DNA of 63,918 nt, filler included, from Lama guanicoe (lineage: Eukaryota): the NCBI GenBank assembly GCA_013239625.1. It is 76 parts of 73 records of this genome, joined end to end, with 100 filler letters (N's around TTAATTAATTAA, not from the genome) between each part and the next. Parts side by side here need not be neighbours in the genome. Positions count along the whole stretch, not along the records: positions 61,751 to 62,173 come from PNXV01021819.1; positions 62,274 to 63,277 come from MU056641.1; positions 63,378 to 63,918 come from MU056644.1; 73 more parts are not named here. One strand, given 5' to 3'. The notes beneath the pieces are model-generated. The model saw only the letters and a program-made list of their open reading frames with translations. It did not search any database and was not told the origin of the DNA. The position numbers and the translations under genes are program-made. Shown here piece by piece: positions 61,651-63,918 of this stretch (its first letter is position 1; each line of letters starts with the position of its first letter).

Positions 61651-63377
61651 NNNNNNNNNNNNNNNNNNNNNNNNNNNNNNNNNNNNNNNNNNNNTTAATT
61701 AATTAANNNNNNNNNNNNNNNNNNNNNNNNNNNNNNNNNNNNNNNNNNNNTCTCACCCAAGGTGCCTCTGGCCTTTTGGCCAGAGAGACCCAAAGGTAAA
61801 TCAGGGAGGCCCAGGGCAGGCCCGCCCAGGCTGGGCCACCACTCAGATCCCACCCAGGTAGCCACACGGCCCCTTCCTGGCTGGTGGAGGTGGAGCAGTC
61901 ATGTTGGGGATGGGTATCTGCCTCAAGAAAGAGCAGGACAGAGGCCTGGGGGGCCCAGTCACATAGACAGCAGAAAAAGCTGGCTGGCTGGGATGTGGAG
62001 AGCCGGGGAAGGGTCCTGCTGCCCGAGGTGGAGCCCATGCTCTCTGGGTATGTATTTTCCCTCCCAGATGTCTGAGCTGAACAAGGTTCCGGTCTGATCT
62101 AGCAGCAGAGTGTAGAGTCTACAAAATCAGGAGTGTTCCTGGCCTGGAAGGACTCTGAGACTTCCATGCTGGGNNNNNNNNNNNNNNNNNNNNNNNNNNN
62201 NNNNNNNNNNNNNNNNNTTAATTAATTAANNNNNNNNNNNNNNNNNNNNNNNNNNNNNNNNNNNNNNNNNNNNAGTTAAATATAGCAAAACTGTGTATGA
62301 GCAAATCAGTAATCCAAACCTCACAAACCAGAAAATATTTACAAAAAGTCTTTACCGGTATATTCTGTCATATATTTGAAGACAATTTTTCACCAATTCT
62401 TCCCCAAATCTTCCAAGAATTTGATGGGGTGAAAGTTTCCAAACTAGATTTATGATGCCAGCTATATTTGCATANNNNNNNNNNNNNNNNNNNNNNNNNN
62501 NNNNNNNNNNNNNNNNNNNNNNNNNNNNNNNNNNNNNNNNNNNNNNNNNNNNNNNNNNNNNNNNNNNNNNNNNNNNNNNNNNNNNNNNNNNNNNNNNNNN
62601 NNNNNNNNNNNNNNNNNNNNNNNNNNNNNNNNNNNNNNNNNNNNNNNNNNNNNNNNNNNNNNNNNNNNNNNNNNNNNNNNNNNNNNNNNNNNNNNNNNNN
62701 NNNNNNNNNNNNNNNNNNNNNNNNNNNNNNNNNNNNNNNNNNNNNNNNNNNNNNNNNNNNNNNNNNNNNNNTCCCAACAAATTAAATTAAACCTGTCAAA
62801 GGCACGATATAATATACACACAAACACTGTGTGGAGATAAGCGAAGCAGTTCCCTGTTTATTGATTCTTAGGAAAAGGGTTTATATACAACATGCACAAT
62901 GCCTCACATATAATCTAAGTTATAACAATGTTAATAATCGTAAGCTATTTATGTCCTGTTGCTCCTGCAGTAAGCACAGGATGTTAAATGATCAAGGATT
63001 GTTTTAAAGTTCATCACGGAACTTCATTAAGTAGGCCATCTCTTATGCAGCCGGCTCTGCCTGTCTTACGTTGTCCTCCTATGAGTATCTTATCCAGCAT
63101 AGGCTATCCAGCCACCCATACAGGATATATTGAATAGGCCATTTCTTTTCCAGCCTGGATATGTAACACTCCTCACAGCTTGTTTATTAGTTCAGCCCAT
63201 GTTCTTATTCTCTAGAGCCTTCAGACAAGGGCCTACGAACCAAACATCCCTTGACAGAAAACTGGATGAAGAAAATTNNNNNNNNNNNNNNNNNNNNNNN
63301 NNNNNNNNNNNNNNNNNNNNNTTAATTAATTAANNNNNNNNNNNNNNNNNNNNNNNNNNNNNNNNNNNNNNNNNNNN

Positions 63378-63918
63378 TGTCTCTGTGCCAGGAAATGCAA
63401 GGGTGGTTTGCAGGAAGTCCCAGGGAGAAAAGGCTGCCTCCCCAAAGTAAGAGAAGGTATTTCTCAGACTTCCCCGAACAGGGAACCCCTGTGACTGAAG
63501 AGAGCTGCGTGGAGTTGTCTCTCGATCTCCCCCAAGCACTGACAATGGTTCCGGAATCCTGAGCGTGGGGAGGTTCCACCAACGGTCGGCAGCGCGTGGG
63601 TTCTAACAGAATGCCTAAGCTCGTCTCCCCTGAGGATTTTCCTAATTTCTCTGTTCCANNNNNNNNNNNNNNNNNNNNNNNNNNNNNNNNNNNNNNNNNN
63701 NNNNNNNNNNNNNNNNNNNNNNNNNNNNNNNNNNNNNNNNNNNNNNNNTGAAGAGAGCTGCGTGGAGTTGTCTCTCGAGCTCCCCCACGCACTGACAATG
63801 GTTCCGGAATCCTGAGCGTGGTGAGGTTCCTCCAACGGTCAGCAGCGCTTGGGTTCTAACGTAATGCCTAAGCTCGCCTGTACTGAGTGTTTTCCTAATG
63901 TCTCTGTGCCAGGGAATG
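63378..63918 (+). repeat. 267-bp satellite
   Basis: Same monomer and orientation as 16130-17011. Confidence 0.95.

Noticed and set aside
546..63333. Regularly recurring TTAATTAATTAA as a CRISPR-like repeat or piggyBac TTAA sites
   Set aside because: It is always embedded in fixed N runs, so it is an assembly linker.

Overview
This is not a contiguous locus. It is about 76 short, unrelated, gapped mammalian scaffolds joined by an artificial 100-bp linker (N44-TTAATTAATTAA-N44), so adjacency across linkers means nothing and most ORF-track entries are N or repeat artefacts. tRNA-derived Vic-1-type SINEs point to a camelid genome (alpaca, llama or camel; inference). Most of the sequence is satellite DNA: a degenerate 7-bp (AGAATAT)n satellite, a ~248-bp satellite with two subfamilies plus a very diverged relative, and a 267-bp satellite plus a diverged ~800-bp trimeric relative. 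The rest includes LINE-1 pieces, SINEs, ERV pieces, three CpG-rich promoter-like fragments, a frameshifted intron-flanked ANO6 exon and a few candidate exons. The most interesting signal is an endogenous betaretrovirus resembling sheep JSRV/ENTV. One scaffold carries host flank, 5' LTR, a perfect tRNA-Lys3 PBS and open Gag MA. Another carries integrase, the env splice acceptor and a Rej-like Env signal peptide. All protein comparisons are from memory; no searches were run.
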